Assembly: GCA_964433435.1 (NCBI GenBank)
Contig: CAYSRM010000001.1
Span: 1,941 to 65,940 of the forward strand
From: an uncultured Victivallales bacterium
GTDB lineage: Bacteria; Verrucomicrobiota; Kiritimatiellia; UBA8416; CAYSRM01
Length of the DNA stretch: 64,000 bases
Direction of reading: 5' to 3'
Shown here: one piece after another, positions 45,642 to 56,034 of the stretch
Layout: each line of letters begins with the position of its first letter
Position numbering within the stretch: position 1 is the stretch's first letter
Position numbers and translations under genes: made by a program
The notes under the pieces: model-generated
What the model was told of the DNA's origin: nothing
The model's database searches: none
What the model saw: only the letters and a program-made list of their open reading frames with translations

Positions 45642-46649
45642 ATGATATTAACAGAGAAGGTATATATGGCTGCTATTACATGCGCCCTGGTTGTTTTTGA
45701 GGCAATCGGCGTGTCTGCTGCGGTGGTCGATGAAGGTGATCAGAAAGAGGCGCAGTTGATAGACGGGCTGGTAGCGCAGGTTAACGAAAGTTATATCACG
45801 GTCAGCGATGTGTTGGCTCAACTTGAGCCGTTGCGAAACCGAATGGCCCGTCTTCACAGTGGTCGGGAACTTAAAGAGAGACTTAGAAGCGCATTTGAGC
45901 AAATCACGGAAGAACTCATTGACAGGGAGCTTGTCCTCGATGCTTATGAAAAGCAGGACAGGCAGCTGCCTGAGGTCCTTATTGATGAGAGGGCTCATGA
46001 GATTATACGCGAAGTTTTCGAGGGAGATCGCAACGAGCTGATGAATGAACTTGCTGCCGCTCATATGACCTATGAACAATGGCGCGAAAGCATTCGCGAA
46101 CAAATGATAATTTCCTTCATGCAAAGAATGAAGATAGATCAAAACATCAATGTTTCTCCGTTGGAGGTAGAAGAGTTTTACAATGAAAACAGGGAACAGT
46201 TCACAGAAGATCGCAGGGCTGATGTCAGCATGATTTTTCTTCAGGGCCGCAGTGAGGAGTCATTGGATTCCAGGATTAAGTCGGTCAAAAAAGCCATTGA
46301 GTCGGGCAGGAGTTTTGCCGAAGTCGCCAGGGAATATTCCGATGGAAGTAGAGCTGATAGTGGCGGGGATTGGGGTCGGGTTGAACTTGAGAACCTGAGA
46401 AGCGAACTGCAATCGGCTATTGAGGCGCTTGAACCAGGAGAAGTCAGTGAACCTGTGCGCCTTGAAAATGGGGTTTTCTTTGTAAAGCTTAAGCAATTAA
46501 TAGGCGGTGAGCCGCTTTTGCTGACCGAAGTCCGCGATCAGATCCGGGAACGTATTGAACGTGATAAGAGGAAGCGTCTCTACGATGCATGGATTTCGTC
46601 GCTAAAAGAGAAGGCCGTAATTAAAAAGTGGAATGTCAACCTTTTCTGA
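45642..46649 (+). CDS. SurA/PpiD-like periplasmic chaperone with a degenerate parvulin PPIase domain
   Basis: Signal peptide, SurA N-terminal helical domain, parvulin-like segment (…FAEVAREYSDGS.ADSGGDWG…). Start at the ATG at 45642 preceded by GAGGAG. Confidence 0.68.
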   Translation: MILTEKVYMAAITCALVVFEAIGVSAAVVDEGDQKEAQLIDGLVAQVNESYITVSDVLAQLEPLRNRMARLHSGRELKERLRSAFEQITEELIDRELVLDAYEKQDRQLPEVLIDERAHEIIREVFEGDRNELMNELAAAHMTYEQWRESIREQMIISFMQRMKIDQNINVSPLEVEEFYNENREQFTEDRRADVSMIFLQGRSEESLDSRIKSVKKAIESGRSFAEVAREYSDGSRADSGGDWGRVELENLRSELQSAIEALEPGEVSEPVRLENGVFFVKLKQLIGGEPLLLTEVRDQIRERIERDKRKRLYDAWISSLKEKAVIKKWNVNLF

Positions 46650-47513
46650 TTGTTTATGATGCGTCTCTCTGAAGTTCGGAATACGCTTGAGCGCATAGAT
46701 TTTCATCCGAGCCGGAGGCTCGGGCAGAATTTTCTTATAGACAGCAATATCCTGGGCATATTGATAGATGTTCTGGATGTTCACGGGGATGAAAGCATAC
46801 TGGAGATAGGTCCGGGGCTTGGCGCTGCCACTGAGCGGCTTCTCTGCTGCGGCGGCAGTGTTACGGCTGTGGAAAAGGACCGGACTCTGTATCGTTTTCT
46901 CAGGGACCGTTTTGCGGGCGCTGCTGATTTTGAGCTTATCAATGCAGACGTACTGGACCTTGATCTTGAGAACCTGTTTAATGAAAGGCGGATTCAGAAG
47001 GTTTTCTCCAATCTCCCCTATTCTGTCGGATCCCGTATTCTGGTGGAACTTGTTAAGCTTGACAGCCCGCCTGTGGATTTGGTTGTGACCGTTCAGAGCG
47101 AGGTTGCGCAGAGGATGGCCGCCGGCCCTTCACAAAAAGGGAGATCTGTTCTGGGGATCCTGGTACAGGCGGTGTATGATGTCAAACTTGTCAGGAAAAT
47201 CAGTCCGTCTTGTTTCTGGCCTGTGCCGGAAGTTGAATCCGCAATAGTGCATCTGACCCGTCGCCCTGACTTATTTACAGGAACGGCAGCGAAAAGCGAT
47301 TTCATTAAGTTCAGTAAGATGATATTCCGGCACAGGCGCAAACAGATGGCAGCGATACTGCGTCGTTGTCTTCCTGGCAGCGGGAAGTACGCGGAGCATA
47401 TTGAACAGATACTTAAGGTGTGCAGCATCAGCCCGCAATCTCGTCCGGGTGATTTGTCGCTTGAGCAATGGATACTCTTGACATCGCAGCTCAAGGATGA
47501 TGAATCTTTGTGA
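46650..47513 (+). CDS. rsmA: 16S rRNA (adenine1518/1519-N6)-dimethyltransferase
   Basis: …RLGQNFLID…, SAM motif …LEIGPGLGAAT…, …FSNLPYS…. Confidence 0.9.
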   Translation: MFMMRLSEVRNTLERIDFHPSRRLGQNFLIDSNILGILIDVLDVHGDESILEIGPGLGAATERLLCCGGSVTAVEKDRTLYRFLRDRFAGAADFELINADVLDLDLENLFNERRIQKVFSNLPYSVGSRILVELVKLDSPPVDLVVTVQSEVAQRMAAGPSQKGRSVLGILVQAVYDVKLVRKISPSCFWPVPEVESAIVHLTRRPDLFTGTAAKSDFIKFSKMIFRHRRKQMAAILRRCLPGSGKYAEHIEQILKVCSISPQSRPGDLSLEQWILLTSQLKDDESL

Positions 47514-47520
47514 AGGCGGC

Positions 47521-47618
47521 GGTGAAACGGGCGTGAAAGGAATGTGGGACGTGGAACGCGGGAGCGTTGCAATCTACGGGAAGGGGGGGCAGCAGGTTGG
47601 AGAACAACCTGCTGTACT
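47521..47618. repeat. Mosaic intergenic repeat, copy 4 (rsmA-mutS spacer). Degenerate E plus the F palindrome
   Basis: …gaaacgggcgtgaaagg…ctacgggaaggggggg then CAGCAGGTTG-gagaa-CAACCTGCTG (47590-47614), 10/10 bp identical stem to 565-589. Confidence 0.55.
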
Positions 47619-47794
47619 TGTAGACAATGTTTTTGCGTCCTTCTTAGCGCACTCGGGCTCTTGAGGCGGTGATTCAGGGAAGGAAACAACAGGTTAAAGG
47701 GACAACTTTAAATCAGGACTTGACCGAGACAGCGTTAACTCCGCCATATGCTGTCCGGGTTGATAACGTGTAAGGTTCAGAGAGGGAACGGTAA

Positions 47795-50278
47795 ATGTCT
47801 CAGAATACAACTCCTATGATGCGCCAGTACATGCGCATTCGAGAGAAGATGTCCGATAATGTGGTTCTTCTTTTCCGGCTTGGTGATTTTTATGAGATGT
47901 TTTTTGAGGATGCCAGACGTGCGGCGCCGATACTTGATGTTGCATTGACCAGGCGCAACAACGTGCCGATGTGCGGTGTGCCTTATCATTCGGTTGACAG
48001 TTACCTGGCGAGACTTTTGAAATCGGGGGTGAAGGTAGCTGTCTGTGAGCAGGTGGAGGATGCTGCTTCGGCCAAGGGTATTGTCAAGCGGGAAGTCACC
48101 CGGATCATTACTCCGGGTACGGCTACAGAGGAGGGCGTACTTGAAGCAAAGTGTAACAACTATCTCGCTACCGTATGCTTGTTGAACGGCACGCATGGTC
48201 TGGTTATGCTTGATCTTTCCACCGGGGCATTCTGGGGGGAAGCTGTAAGCAGGGAGTTGCTTGCAGAAGAGATCAGGCGGTATGCTCCCAGCGAATGTGT
48301 TGTGCCATCTCAGCAAGCGTATATATTCAAAGAAATGGGCAATGAGATCGTGCCGGAAGTGACGGAATGCGACGACTGGGTTTTTGATCTGGAAGCTTCC
48401 AGGGAGAGGTTGATCCGGCATTTCGGGGTTCATTCTCTTGAAGGTTTCGGGTGCGAAGATAAGCCGGCTATAGTTGCTGCGGCTGGCGGGGCGCTGCATT
48501 ATGTCCAGGAAGATCTCTGTCGGCCAGTCGGGCATATTCAAAATTTCCGAGTAGTGGACAATAGCGCATATCTTGCTCTAGACCAGGCCACATGCTCGAA
48601 CCTGGAACTTGCCTCTTTCCCTGGCAGAAAGGTTCCGATGAGTCTTCTTGATGTTCTTGACGCCACAGGAACATCAATGGGCGGGCGGATGCTGCGGAAC
48701 TGGCTTTTACGGCCGCTGGCATCGATGGAGGATATAAGGGCCAGGCATGAAGCGGTGGACTTGATTCAGAAGGACAGATTTCTGTTACATGACATTCGTT
48801 TGGCGCTTGGTAATATTCGTGATATTGAACGGCTTATTGCTAAGATCGGGGAGGGCAGGGGCAATGCCAGGGATGTCAGGTCGCTGGGGCAGTCTCTCTC
48901 TTTTATGCCCGGTGTGCGGCAGCTCATTTCGGGTTTGCCGTGCCGGATGCTGGAGGAACTTAAGAATTCGATCTGCGAACATCCTGATCTTGTTGACTTG
49001 ATTGAAAGGGCCATAGACCCTGAGCCTTCGGCGTTATTGAAGGAAGGCGGCATAATTCGGGGTGGTTATAATTCGGAACTTGACGAGCTTAGAGAAGCAT
49101 CTTCGCGGGGTAAGCAGTGGCTGGCCGAGTACCAGGCTTCCGAGCAGAAAAAGACCGGAATAAAGAATCTTAAGGTCAGGCATAACAAGATCTTCGGTTT
49201 TTACATAGAGGTGTCAAAAGGCCAGCTTGACAACGTGCCGGACAGTTATGTTCGCAAGCAGACCCTTGTTAATGCCGAGAGGTATGTGACTCCGGAGCTC
49301 AAGGAGTACGAGAACAGGGTTATCGGCGCACAGGAAAGGAGCAGGGAACTTGAGTACCATCTTTTTCTGGATATCCGGGAAGCCGCTGTAAACGGGACAT
49401 CGACGATACAGCAGACAGCCGGCGCCATTGCAAAGCTTGATGCGCTGGTTTCTCTGGCGGACAGAGCGTCCACCTATGGATATGTGAAGCCTGAAATAGA
49501 CGATTCTGACAGGATAGACATAAAAGAGAGCAGGCACCCGGTGGTGGAGCGGATGTCGGATACTGAGGCGTTTATACCTAATGACATTAAGCTGGACAGG
49601 CAGTCAAACCAGCTTCTGATCATAACAGGGCCCAACATGGCGGGAAAGTCCACTTATATTCGACAGGTTGCCTTAAATGTGATAATGGCGCAGATGGGTT
49701 CTTTTGTTCCGGCTGCATCTGCACGGATCGGGATTGTCGACAGGGTTTTTACCCGTGTGGGGGCCAGCGACGACCTGTCCGGGGGCCGGAGCACTTTCAT
49801 GGTAGAAATGCAGGAGACCGCGAATATTTTGAATAATGCGACTCCCCGGAGTCTTATCGTGCTCGATGAGATTGGCCGCGGGACAAGTACCTTCGATGGA
49901 ATAAGCATAGCCTGGGCTGTGGCCGAGTATCTTCATAATAACAATGAGGTAAAGGCACGAACGGTGTTTGCCACGCATTACCATGAGCTGACCGACCTGG
50001 CATTTGAGATGAAGGGGGTGAAGAACTACAACGTGCTCGTAAAGGAAAAAAATGACGAGATTGTTTTTTTACGAAAGATAGCCGCAGGAGGCTCGGACAA
50101 GAGTTATGGCATTCATGTTGCCCGCCTGGCCGGTATGCCGGAGAAGGTTATACAGAGATCCAGGGAGATACTTGGAAACCTTGAGGAGGGTGAATTCGGG
50201 GAAACTGGTACGCCTAAGATCGCAAGGCGACGGTCTTCGATCAAACAGGTAGATTCTGATCAGATGACTCTGTTATGA
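47795..50278 (+). CDS. mutS: DNA mismatch repair protein MutS
   Basis: Mismatch-binding N-domain (…TPMMRQYM…), Walker A GPNMAGKST, …DEIGRGTSTFDG…. 827 aa. Confidence 0.97.
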   Translation: MSQNTTPMMRQYMRIREKMSDNVVLLFRLGDFYEMFFEDARRAAPILDVALTRRNNVPMCGVPYHSVDSYLARLLKSGVKVAVCEQVEDAASAKGIVKREVTRIITPGTATEEGVLEAKCNNYLATVCLLNGTHGLVMLDLSTGAFWGEAVSRELLAEEIRRYAPSECVVPSQQAYIFKEMGNEIVPEVTECDDWVFDLEASRERLIRHFGVHSLEGFGCEDKPAIVAAAGGALHYVQEDLCRPVGHIQNFRVVDNSAYLALDQATCSNLELASFPGRKVPMSLLDVLDATGTSMGGRMLRNWLLRPLASMEDIRARHEAVDLIQKDRFLLHDIRLALGNIRDIERLIAKIGEGRGNARDVRSLGQSLSFMPGVRQLISGLPCRMLEELKNSICEHPDLVDLIERAIDPEPSALLKEGGIIRGGYNSELDELREASSRGKQWLAEYQASEQKKTGIKNLKVRHNKIFGFYIEVSKGQLDNVPDSYVRKQTLVNAERYVTPELKEYENRVIGAQERSRELEYHLFLDIREAAVNGTSTIQQTAGAIAKLDALVSLADRASTYGYVKPEIDDSDRIDIKESRHPVVERMSDTEAFIPNDIKLDRQSNQLLIITGPNMAGKSTYIRQVALNVIMAQMGSFVPAASARIGIVDRVFTRVGASDDLSGGRSTFMVEMQETANILNNATPRSLIVLDEIGRGTSTFDGISIAWAVAEYLHNNNEVKARTVFATHYHELTDLAFEMKGVKNYNVLVKEKNDEIVFLRKIAAGGSDKSYGIHVARLAGMPEKVIQRSREILGNLEEGEFGETGTPKIARRRSSIKQVDSDQMTLL

Positions 50279-50283
50279 ACCTC

Positions 50284-50895
50284 TTATGTGGTGTTGACGG
50301 ATTTTCTTAGAGACGGCCAGTATCTTCTGGTGTAGATGTAAAGTGACATACCGTTGACTATGAACACCAGCGCCTCGATCGGGTACAGGACCAGGTTGGG
50401 TATTAATTGCAGGGGGGAGGCCTCTATGAAATATATGATGCAGATTGCCGGAAAGTTAAGCATTGTCCTGAGTTTGCCTGCCCAGTTTGCCTTACCGCTC
50501 ATGTTATCTGCGGCCCCGATTGAACGCAGAAACGTAACCCACAGGTCGCGCGACAGAAGGAAGATGGACAGGACAACCAGCACTACGCCGTGAGTTATGT
50601 GGCTGTTAAATGTTGCAACAAAGATGAGCAGGGGCAGCGTAGTGACATAGAAAAACTTGTCGATCAGGGGGTCCGCATGGGCGCCGAACGCTGTTTCCAC
50701 CTGGAATCGTCTTGCAAAATAGCCGTCGAGCAGGTCTGTTATTGCCGAGGCTGCAAGAGAGACGAAAGAGACCCAGAATATCCATGAGGCTTGATGGAAT
50801 TCAAAGATCAGCGCTCCTGTCAGAAAGGCCAGCACAAGCGGCAGACGCACCACTGTGAGAAGAGTTACGAATCCCAGTTTGTAATGACGCTGCAT
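50284..50895 (-). CDS. CDP-alcohol phosphatidyltransferase (phosphatidylglycerophosphate synthase-like)
   Basis: D-G-x2-A-R…G…D-x3-D motif (…DLLDGYFARRFQVETAFGAHADPLIDK…). Polytopic. Confidence 0.78.
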   Translation of the reverse strand: MQRHYKLGFVTLLTVVRLPLVLAFLTGALIFEFHQASWIFWVSFVSLAASAITDLLDGYFARRFQVETAFGAHADPLIDKFFYVTTLPLLIFVATFNSHITHGVVLVVLSIFLLSRDLWVTFLRSIGAADNMSGKANWAGKLRTMLNFPAICIIYFIEASPLQLIPNLVLYPIEALVFIVNGMSLYIYTRRYWPSLRKSVNTT

Positions 50896-50921
50896 GATTC
50901 CTGCGCAGTTCGTTGTGACAG

Positions 50922-51758
50922 CTATTCGCCGAGCTGGTATCTGAGGAATCGGCGGATCACAATGGTGTCATCAATTTCCTTGCTTTTCGATTCAAGCAAT
51001 GCGCTTATCGACATTTTTGGTTCTTTGACAAAACCCTGTTGCAGCAGGCATATTTCTTCATAGAATTTGCCAAGCTTGCCCTCGACAATTTTGTCGATAA
51101 TATTCTCGGGCTTATCTTTAACTTGTTCCGCGTAAATTTTACGCTCCTCTTCAAGGACATCCTGCGGAACTTCCTCGGGTTTCAGATACTGGGGATTTGC
51201 CGCGGCTACGTGCAGAGTGAGGTCTTTAACAAGGTCGGTAAAAGCTTGAGATGACACTGAAGCCTCCTTTTCGCAACCGACTTCGATGAGCACTCCGACC
51301 TTCCCGCCAAGGTGGATGTACGAACCAATTTTGCCTGTGCCCTGAAGCTGGAATTTGTCATAGCGCTTCAGAACGGTATTTTCGCCAAGCTCCGTTATCT
51401 TCTGGGTGATCTCGTCTTTTATTTCTTCTTTAAGGTCGCCTTCTGTGGAGCAGGCGCGGCGGCTCAGGTCATCCACGAACTGACGGAAGACTTCATTTCT
51501 AGCTACGAAATCAGTTTCGCAGTTAACCTCGACCATCGAGCCGATTTTGCCGTCATCGGTAATTGCGGAACCGATAAGTCCCTGGTTTGCTGACCGGGAA
51601 GCCTTTTTTGACGCTATAGCTACGCCGCGTTTTCTCAATATTGTGGTAGCCTGCTCGACGTTTCCTTCGGCTTCCTGCAAAGCCTTTTTGCATTCCATCA
51701 TGCTTACTCCGGTAGCATCTCGGAGTTCTTTTACCAGTTTTGCGGTTATTTCGGCCAT
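50922..51758 (-). CDS. tsf: Elongation factor Ts
   Basis: UBA-like N-terminus (…ITAKLVKELRDATGVSMMECKKAL…) and EF-Ts dimerisation core. Downstream of rpsB. Confidence 0.95.
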   Translation of the reverse strand: MAEITAKLVKELRDATGVSMMECKKALQEAEGNVEQATTILRKRGVAIASKKASRSANQGLIGSAITDDGKIGSMVEVNCETDFVARNEVFRQFVDDLSRRACSTEGDLKEEIKDEITQKITELGENTVLKRYDKFQLQGTGKIGSYIHLGGKVGVLIEVGCEKEASVSSQAFTDLVKDLTLHVAAANPQYLKPEEVPQDVLEEERKIYAEQVKDKPENIIDKIVEGKLGKFYEEICLLQQGFVKEPKMSISALLESKSKEIDDTIVIRRFLRYQLGE

Positions 51759-51843
51759 CTTCTTATTCTCCTTGAATTCTCAATTATATTTTTTTCTGAT
51801 GTGCAGATCTATGGAAGACGTTGCATTCGGTTCAAGCAGGGGG

Positions 51844-52764
51844 CTAGACCTTTTCTTCAGCCTGCGCTGGTTCTTCCACAGCCGGTGAGGTTTCCACGGG
51901 TTGAGCTTCGGTGGTTTTCTTCTCTGTGGTTTCACTGCCCGGCTCGGATTGTTCTTCTGTTTGCTTAGGCTGTTGTTGTGAAGCCTTTGCTTTCTCTTTT
52001 TCTTCCTGCTCTTTTGCTTTTGCTTTTGCTTCCATTTCTGCTTCCGCGGCGATTCTAGCGTAATCCGCTGAAGCCTTTATCACTGTATCTGCAACGAGTC
52101 CGCTGATCAGACGGATAGCTCTGATAGCGTCATCGTTGCCAGGGATCGGATAGTCTACTGGAGTTGGATCGCAGTTGGTGTCGACTAGAGCAACTACAGG
52201 AATACCGAGGCGGTTGGCTTCGGCGACCGCAATGGATTCTTTGGCTATATCGACTACGAACATAATGCCGGGAAATTCGGTCATGCCGGCAATACCGGTA
52301 AGATTGCGATGTAGCTTATCAAGCTCGTTATGCAGCCTTGACGCCTCCTTTTTGCTTAGATTTTCCATTTCTCCGGACTGTTCCAGACGGTCCAGTTCCA
52401 GCATCCGGTTGACACTGTTTCGGATGGTTTTGTTGTTGGTAAGAGTTCCGCCGAGCCAACGGTGTGTTACGTAGTGTTGTCCGCATCTTTCCGCAGCCTC
52501 TTGAACAGCATCCTGGGCCTGCTTTTTGGTTCCGACAAAAAGCACGGAGCTTCCCTGGGAAACAACCTCATATACGAAGTTGAGCGCTTCCTTGAGGCAT
52601 GTCAGGCTTTTTGCCAGGTCGATGATGTGGATGCCGCTGCGTTTGTCGAAGATGAATTTCTTCATCTTCGGATTCCAGCGTTTTGTCTGGTGTCCGAAAT
52701 GCACACCGGCTTCGAGCAATGTCTTTACGTTTACTTCCTGTTCAGTTTCTTCTGCAACGGGCAT
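51844..52764 (-). CDS. rpsB: 30S ribosomal protein S2, with an approximately 90-aa acidic/Lys-rich C-terminal extension
   Basis: …[19 protein letters not shown]… signature. AAGGAGAG RBS upstream. Confidence 0.95.
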   Translation of the reverse strand: MPVAEETEQEVNVKTLLEAGVHFGHQTKRWNPKMKKFIFDKRSGIHIIDLAKSLTCLKEALNFVYEVVSQGSSVLFVGTKKQAQDAVQEAAERCGQHYVTHRWLGGTLTNNKTIRNSVNRMLELDRLEQSGEMENLSKKEASRLHNELDKLHRNLTGIAGMTEFPGIMFVVDIAKESIAVAEANRLGIPVVALVDTNCDPTPVDYPIPGNDDAIRAIRLISGLVADTVIKASADYARIAAEAEMEAKAKAKEQEEKEKAKASQQQPKQTEEQSEPGSETTEKKTTEAQPVETSPAVEEPAQAEEKV

Positions 52765-52952
52765 AACCCTCTCCTTTTATTAAGGCCGTTTTCCGAGTTA
52801 TTTTCGGAAAGAGCGGCAATCCGCTTTGACCTCCCCGGAGACAGGGAGGTACTCGCTTCCGTTCCTGACGGCGTGGCAGAATAGGTCTGTTGCGCGGCCG
52901 GAACCCGACAATGGGAAGTAATCTAGCAGATACGTGCGGCTATACAAGCGGA

Positions 52953-52982
52953 AAATGAATTTGTGATGAATTTATTCATTGT
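52953..52982. promoter_or_regulatory. AT-rich palindrome ATGAATTTATTCAT with a flanking direct repeat AATGAATTT. Fur-box-like candidate operator
   Basis: Read directly, about 190 nt upstream of rpsB (minus strand) within the large ORF-free region. Confidence 0.3.
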
Positions 52983-53172
52983 TTTGATCGTCGTCTGCGA
53001 AGATCGGGACAATGATGATGGACAATGTATCCAAAAGAGGGAAGGAAAGACTGTGCCGGCGCGTGATTTGTAGTTCTGGCTGGATTTAACCTGGCTGATT
53101 CATTTACATTAATGAACAAGACCCCATCCGAAAAGGGTCGGAGAGCAATAAGACCGGCAATGCCGGAGAAAA

Positions 53173-53340
53173 GCGCGCTCGCACACTTGCTTGTACGCGC
53201 GTATTAGCGAGCGGTTAAGTAAGTCGGGTAAGGGTATACGGTTAGGGGTGGCGGTTAAGAATTGCGTTTAAGTGTCTGAATCCGTACACTTAACCGCTCC
53301 TCTTACTGGGATACACTTACCCGACCTGCTTACCCGGTCT
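53173..53340. other. Candidate structured non-coding element (nested long inverted repeats) in an ORF-free region of about 680 bp
   Basis: No ORF of 60 aa or more in any frame across 52885-53443. Outer arms cggttaagtaagtcgggtaagg (53212-53233) and acttacccgacctgcttacccgg (53315-53337). Inner 9-bp perfect stem ggcggttaag / cttaaccgc (53250-53259 / 53290-53298). Confidence 0.45.
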
Positions 53341-53524
53341 GGGGTGTGCGAGTATGGATAAGAAAACATGCGGCATTGCAACGGTCTGTTTTGAGACACC
53401 TTTTCGGATAGGGACTAACTAAAGATAACACGGGTTATACAGATTGCATGGATGGGGAAGATGTGTCTTCAGTAAATCAGTTGTTTTCAGACAACAATTT
53501 CAGATTGAAAAAGAGGGTTTAATT

Positions 53525-55168
53525 ATGGTGGACAAATATGATTTATGCGCGTCGCACGAATGGAAGCGGTTAGAGCGCCATTATCAGGGTATTAAGAACT
53601 ATCATCTCAGGGATCTTTTTGCGAAGGATTCAGCAAGGGCGCAGAGCTTTTCTATAAAGGCGGCGGGCCTGTATCTTGATTATTCCAGGAATCGGGTTAC
53701 CGGCCAGACCATGCCGCTGCTGTACGAGCTGGCGGAGGCGGCGGGATTGCAGGCGGAAATAGAGCGAATGTTTGCTGGTGAGAAAATTAATTTCACAGAA
53801 GACAGGCCGGCGCTACATGTGGCTTTAAGAAACCGCGAAGGCAAGCCGGTGATGGTGGATGGCAGGGATGTGATGCCGGAAGTACACGCTGTGCTGGACA
53901 GGATGAAGGGTCTGAGCAGTCGGGTCCGGTTGGGGGACTGGAAGGGTTATACGGGCAGGAGGATTGTGAACGTTGTAAATATCGGCATAGGCGGTTCTGA
54001 TCTTGGTATCGCCATGGCCTGTGAAGCGCTTGAAGCTTACAGTGACCGTGAACTTACGGTTAGGTTTGTATCAAATGTTGACAGCGCTGATTTTGTGGAG
54101 AAAACGCGAGATCTTGAAGCGGACGAAACGCTTTTCGTGGTTTGCAGTAAATCTTTTACGACTCAGGAGACCATGACTAATGCCGGCACTGCAAAGGCAT
54201 GGCTGGTGGAACAGTTAGGGTCTGAGGAGAGCGTCAGCTCTCATTTTGTTGCTGTATCCAGCAACCCCGGGAAAGCAGTGGAATTCGGCATTGCTGAAGA
54301 AAACGTCTTTCGTATGTGGGACTGGGTCGGCGGAAGGTATTCATTATGTTCTGCGGTAGGGTTGTCTCTAATGATTGCTATTGGGCCGGAGAATTTTGTG
54401 AGGATGCTGGACGGTTTTCATCGGATGGACAGACATTTCCGGAATTCCGATTTTGAGTCGAACATACCAGTGATACTTGCGCTGCTGGGGATATGGTATA
54501 ATAACTTTTATGGTTGCCAGACTCATGCTGTCCTGCCTTATGAACAGTACCTTGCCAGGTTTCCTGCCCATTTGCAGCAGCTTGATATGGAAAGCAACGG
54601 CAAATCTGTGAACAAGAGTGGGGAGGCTGTTGGCTACCAGACCGGTCCAATCGTGTGGGGACAGCCAGGCACCAACGGTCAGCATGCCTTTTATCAGCTT
54701 ATCCACCAGGGTAAAAAGATTGTGCCTTTGGATTTTATTGGTTTCCTGGAATCCTGTGAACCGTGCGGGGACCATCACGATAAACTGATCGCCAACATGA
54801 TTGCGCAGACCGAGGCTCTTGCTTTCGGCAAGACCCGGGAGCAGGTCTGCCGGGACGGTGTGGAAGATGAACTGGTAATGCACAAAGTATTTGAGGGGAA
54901 CCGGCCTTCAAATGTAATACTGGCACAGAAGCTTACACCCGAGACGCTTGGCGCTCTGGTTGCTCTGTATGAGCACAAAGTCTTTGTACAGGGCGTAATC
55001 TGGCGTATCAATTCGTTCGACCAGTGGGGTGTTGAGCTTGGCAAAGTTCTCGCTACAAGGGTGCTCGAGGAAATCAAAGATAGTAACAAGCCTCTCTTGC
55101 ACGACCCATCGACCAACCGGCTTGTGAAGGCTTACCGTTCCGGACGGCTGCCGGGAGACAGTGCTTGA
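53525..55168 (+). CDS. pgi: Glucose-6-phosphate isomerase
   Basis: PGI signatures (…[10 protein letters not shown]…, …[11 protein letters not shown]…, …[12 protein letters not shown]…). Start at the ATG at 53525. Confidence 0.95.
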   Translation: MVDKYDLCASHEWKRLERHYQGIKNYHLRDLFAKDSARAQSFSIKAAGLYLDYSRNRVTGQTMPLLYELAEAAGLQAEIERMFAGEKINFTEDRPALHVALRNREGKPVMVDGRDVMPEVHAVLDRMKGLSSRVRLGDWKGYTGRRIVNVVNIGIGGSDLGIAMACEALEAYSDRELTVRFVSNVDSADFVEKTRDLEADETLFVVCSKSFTTQETMTNAGTAKAWLVEQLGSEESVSSHFVAVSSNPGKAVEFGIAEENVFRMWDWVGGRYSLCSAVGLSLMIAIGPENFVRMLDGFHRMDRHFRNSDFESNIPVILALLGIWYNNFYGCQTHAVLPYEQYLARFPAHLQQLDMESNGKSVNKSGEAVGYQTGPIVWGQPGTNGQHAFYQLIHQGKKIVPLDFIGFLESCEPCGDHHDKLIANMIAQTEALAFGKTREQVCRDGVEDELVMHKVFEGNRPSNVILAQKLTPETLGALVALYEHKVFVQGVIWRINSFDQWGVELGKVLATRVLEEIKDSNKPLLHDPSTNRLVKAYRSGRLPGDSA

Positions 55169-56034
55169 TGGTAAAGCATCATTTTCAGTCCAAGTCTGGC
55201 GGCTGTGTATTCACTTACATGGGAGCCGGGAACAGGTGATGTCTCCACTATATCGACTCCGACAACGGTTTGAGATTTAAAAGTTGACCGCAATATTTGC
55301 AGCAGGCTGTACCATGAAAGGCCGCCTGGTTCCGGAGTTCCGGTTCCGGCCACCAGAGAGGGATCCAGGGCGTCTATGTCCACGGTGATATAGGTGTGTG
55401 CCGAGCCGGATAGGATTTCTTTTATTTTTTCAAGGGGTTGACCGATTGGATTCTCTGCCAGGGTTTTTGCATACACGATCCGGTGCAGAGTGTTGTTTTG
55501 CTTCATGTGCCTGTATTCCTCGGCGGAAAAACTTCTTATTCCTGCTGAAACAAAGGCAAGGCCCATTTCCTCCACTCTCCGCATGACGCAGGCGTGTGAG
55601 TTTGCTGAGCCCTGGTATTCTTTTCGCAGGTCGGCGTGTGCGTCAATGTGCAGAACCGCAATATCTTTCCACTCCTTTCTCGCAGCGTTTATAAGCGGCA
55701 CGGAGACTGAGTGTTCTCCGCCGAGCGAAAGTAGAAACTTTTTTTCGGCAAAGACAGGCTGTGCGAGTGATTCAATCATAGAGAGACAGGTTTGCGGGTC
55801 CATGTCTTTGAACTCAGGCGCGGGCAGAGTCTGGACGCGGATGTTGATCGGCGTCATAAGTTCTTCGTCGAAATCCTCTGTTTCCCGGCTTGCGCGCAGT
55901 ATAGCGTCAGGTGCTGTTGATGTTCCGCTGCCGTAGCTGACTGTGCGTTCGTAGGGCAATGGCAGAACTACGTAGGGTGCGGAAGCATCTGTTGCTTCCT
56001 CTTTCGTTTTGTCTAGAAAACCAGTATTATTCAT
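55132..56034 (-). CDS. speB: Agmatinase (ureohydrolase family)
   Basis: Mn-binding motifs …GGEHS…, …DAHADL…, …VDIDALDP…. Immediately downstream of speA. Confidence 0.85.
   Translation of the reverse strand: MNNTGFLDKTKEEATDASAPYVVLPLPYERTVSYGSGTSTAPDAILRASRETEDFDEELMTPINIRVQTLPAPEFKDMDPQTCLSMIESLAQPVFAEKKFLLSLGGEHSVSVPLINAARKEWKDIAVLHIDAHADLRKEYQGSANSHACVMRRVEEMGLAFVSAGIRSFSAEEYRHMKQNNTLHRIVYAKTLAENPIGQPLEKIKEILSGSAHTYITVDIDALDPSLVAGTGTPEPGGLSWYSLLQILRSTFKSQTVVGVDIVETSPVPGSHVSEYTAARLGLKMMLYHQALSPGSRPER

Noticed and set aside
52885-53443. tmRNA, RNase P RNA, SRP RNA or 6S RNA in the large ORF-free region
   Set aside because: I could not recognise the tag-peptide ORF or tRNA-like 3' end of tmRNA, the RNase P P4 motifs, or the SRP domain IV motif by eye. 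Left as an unclassified candidate structured element.
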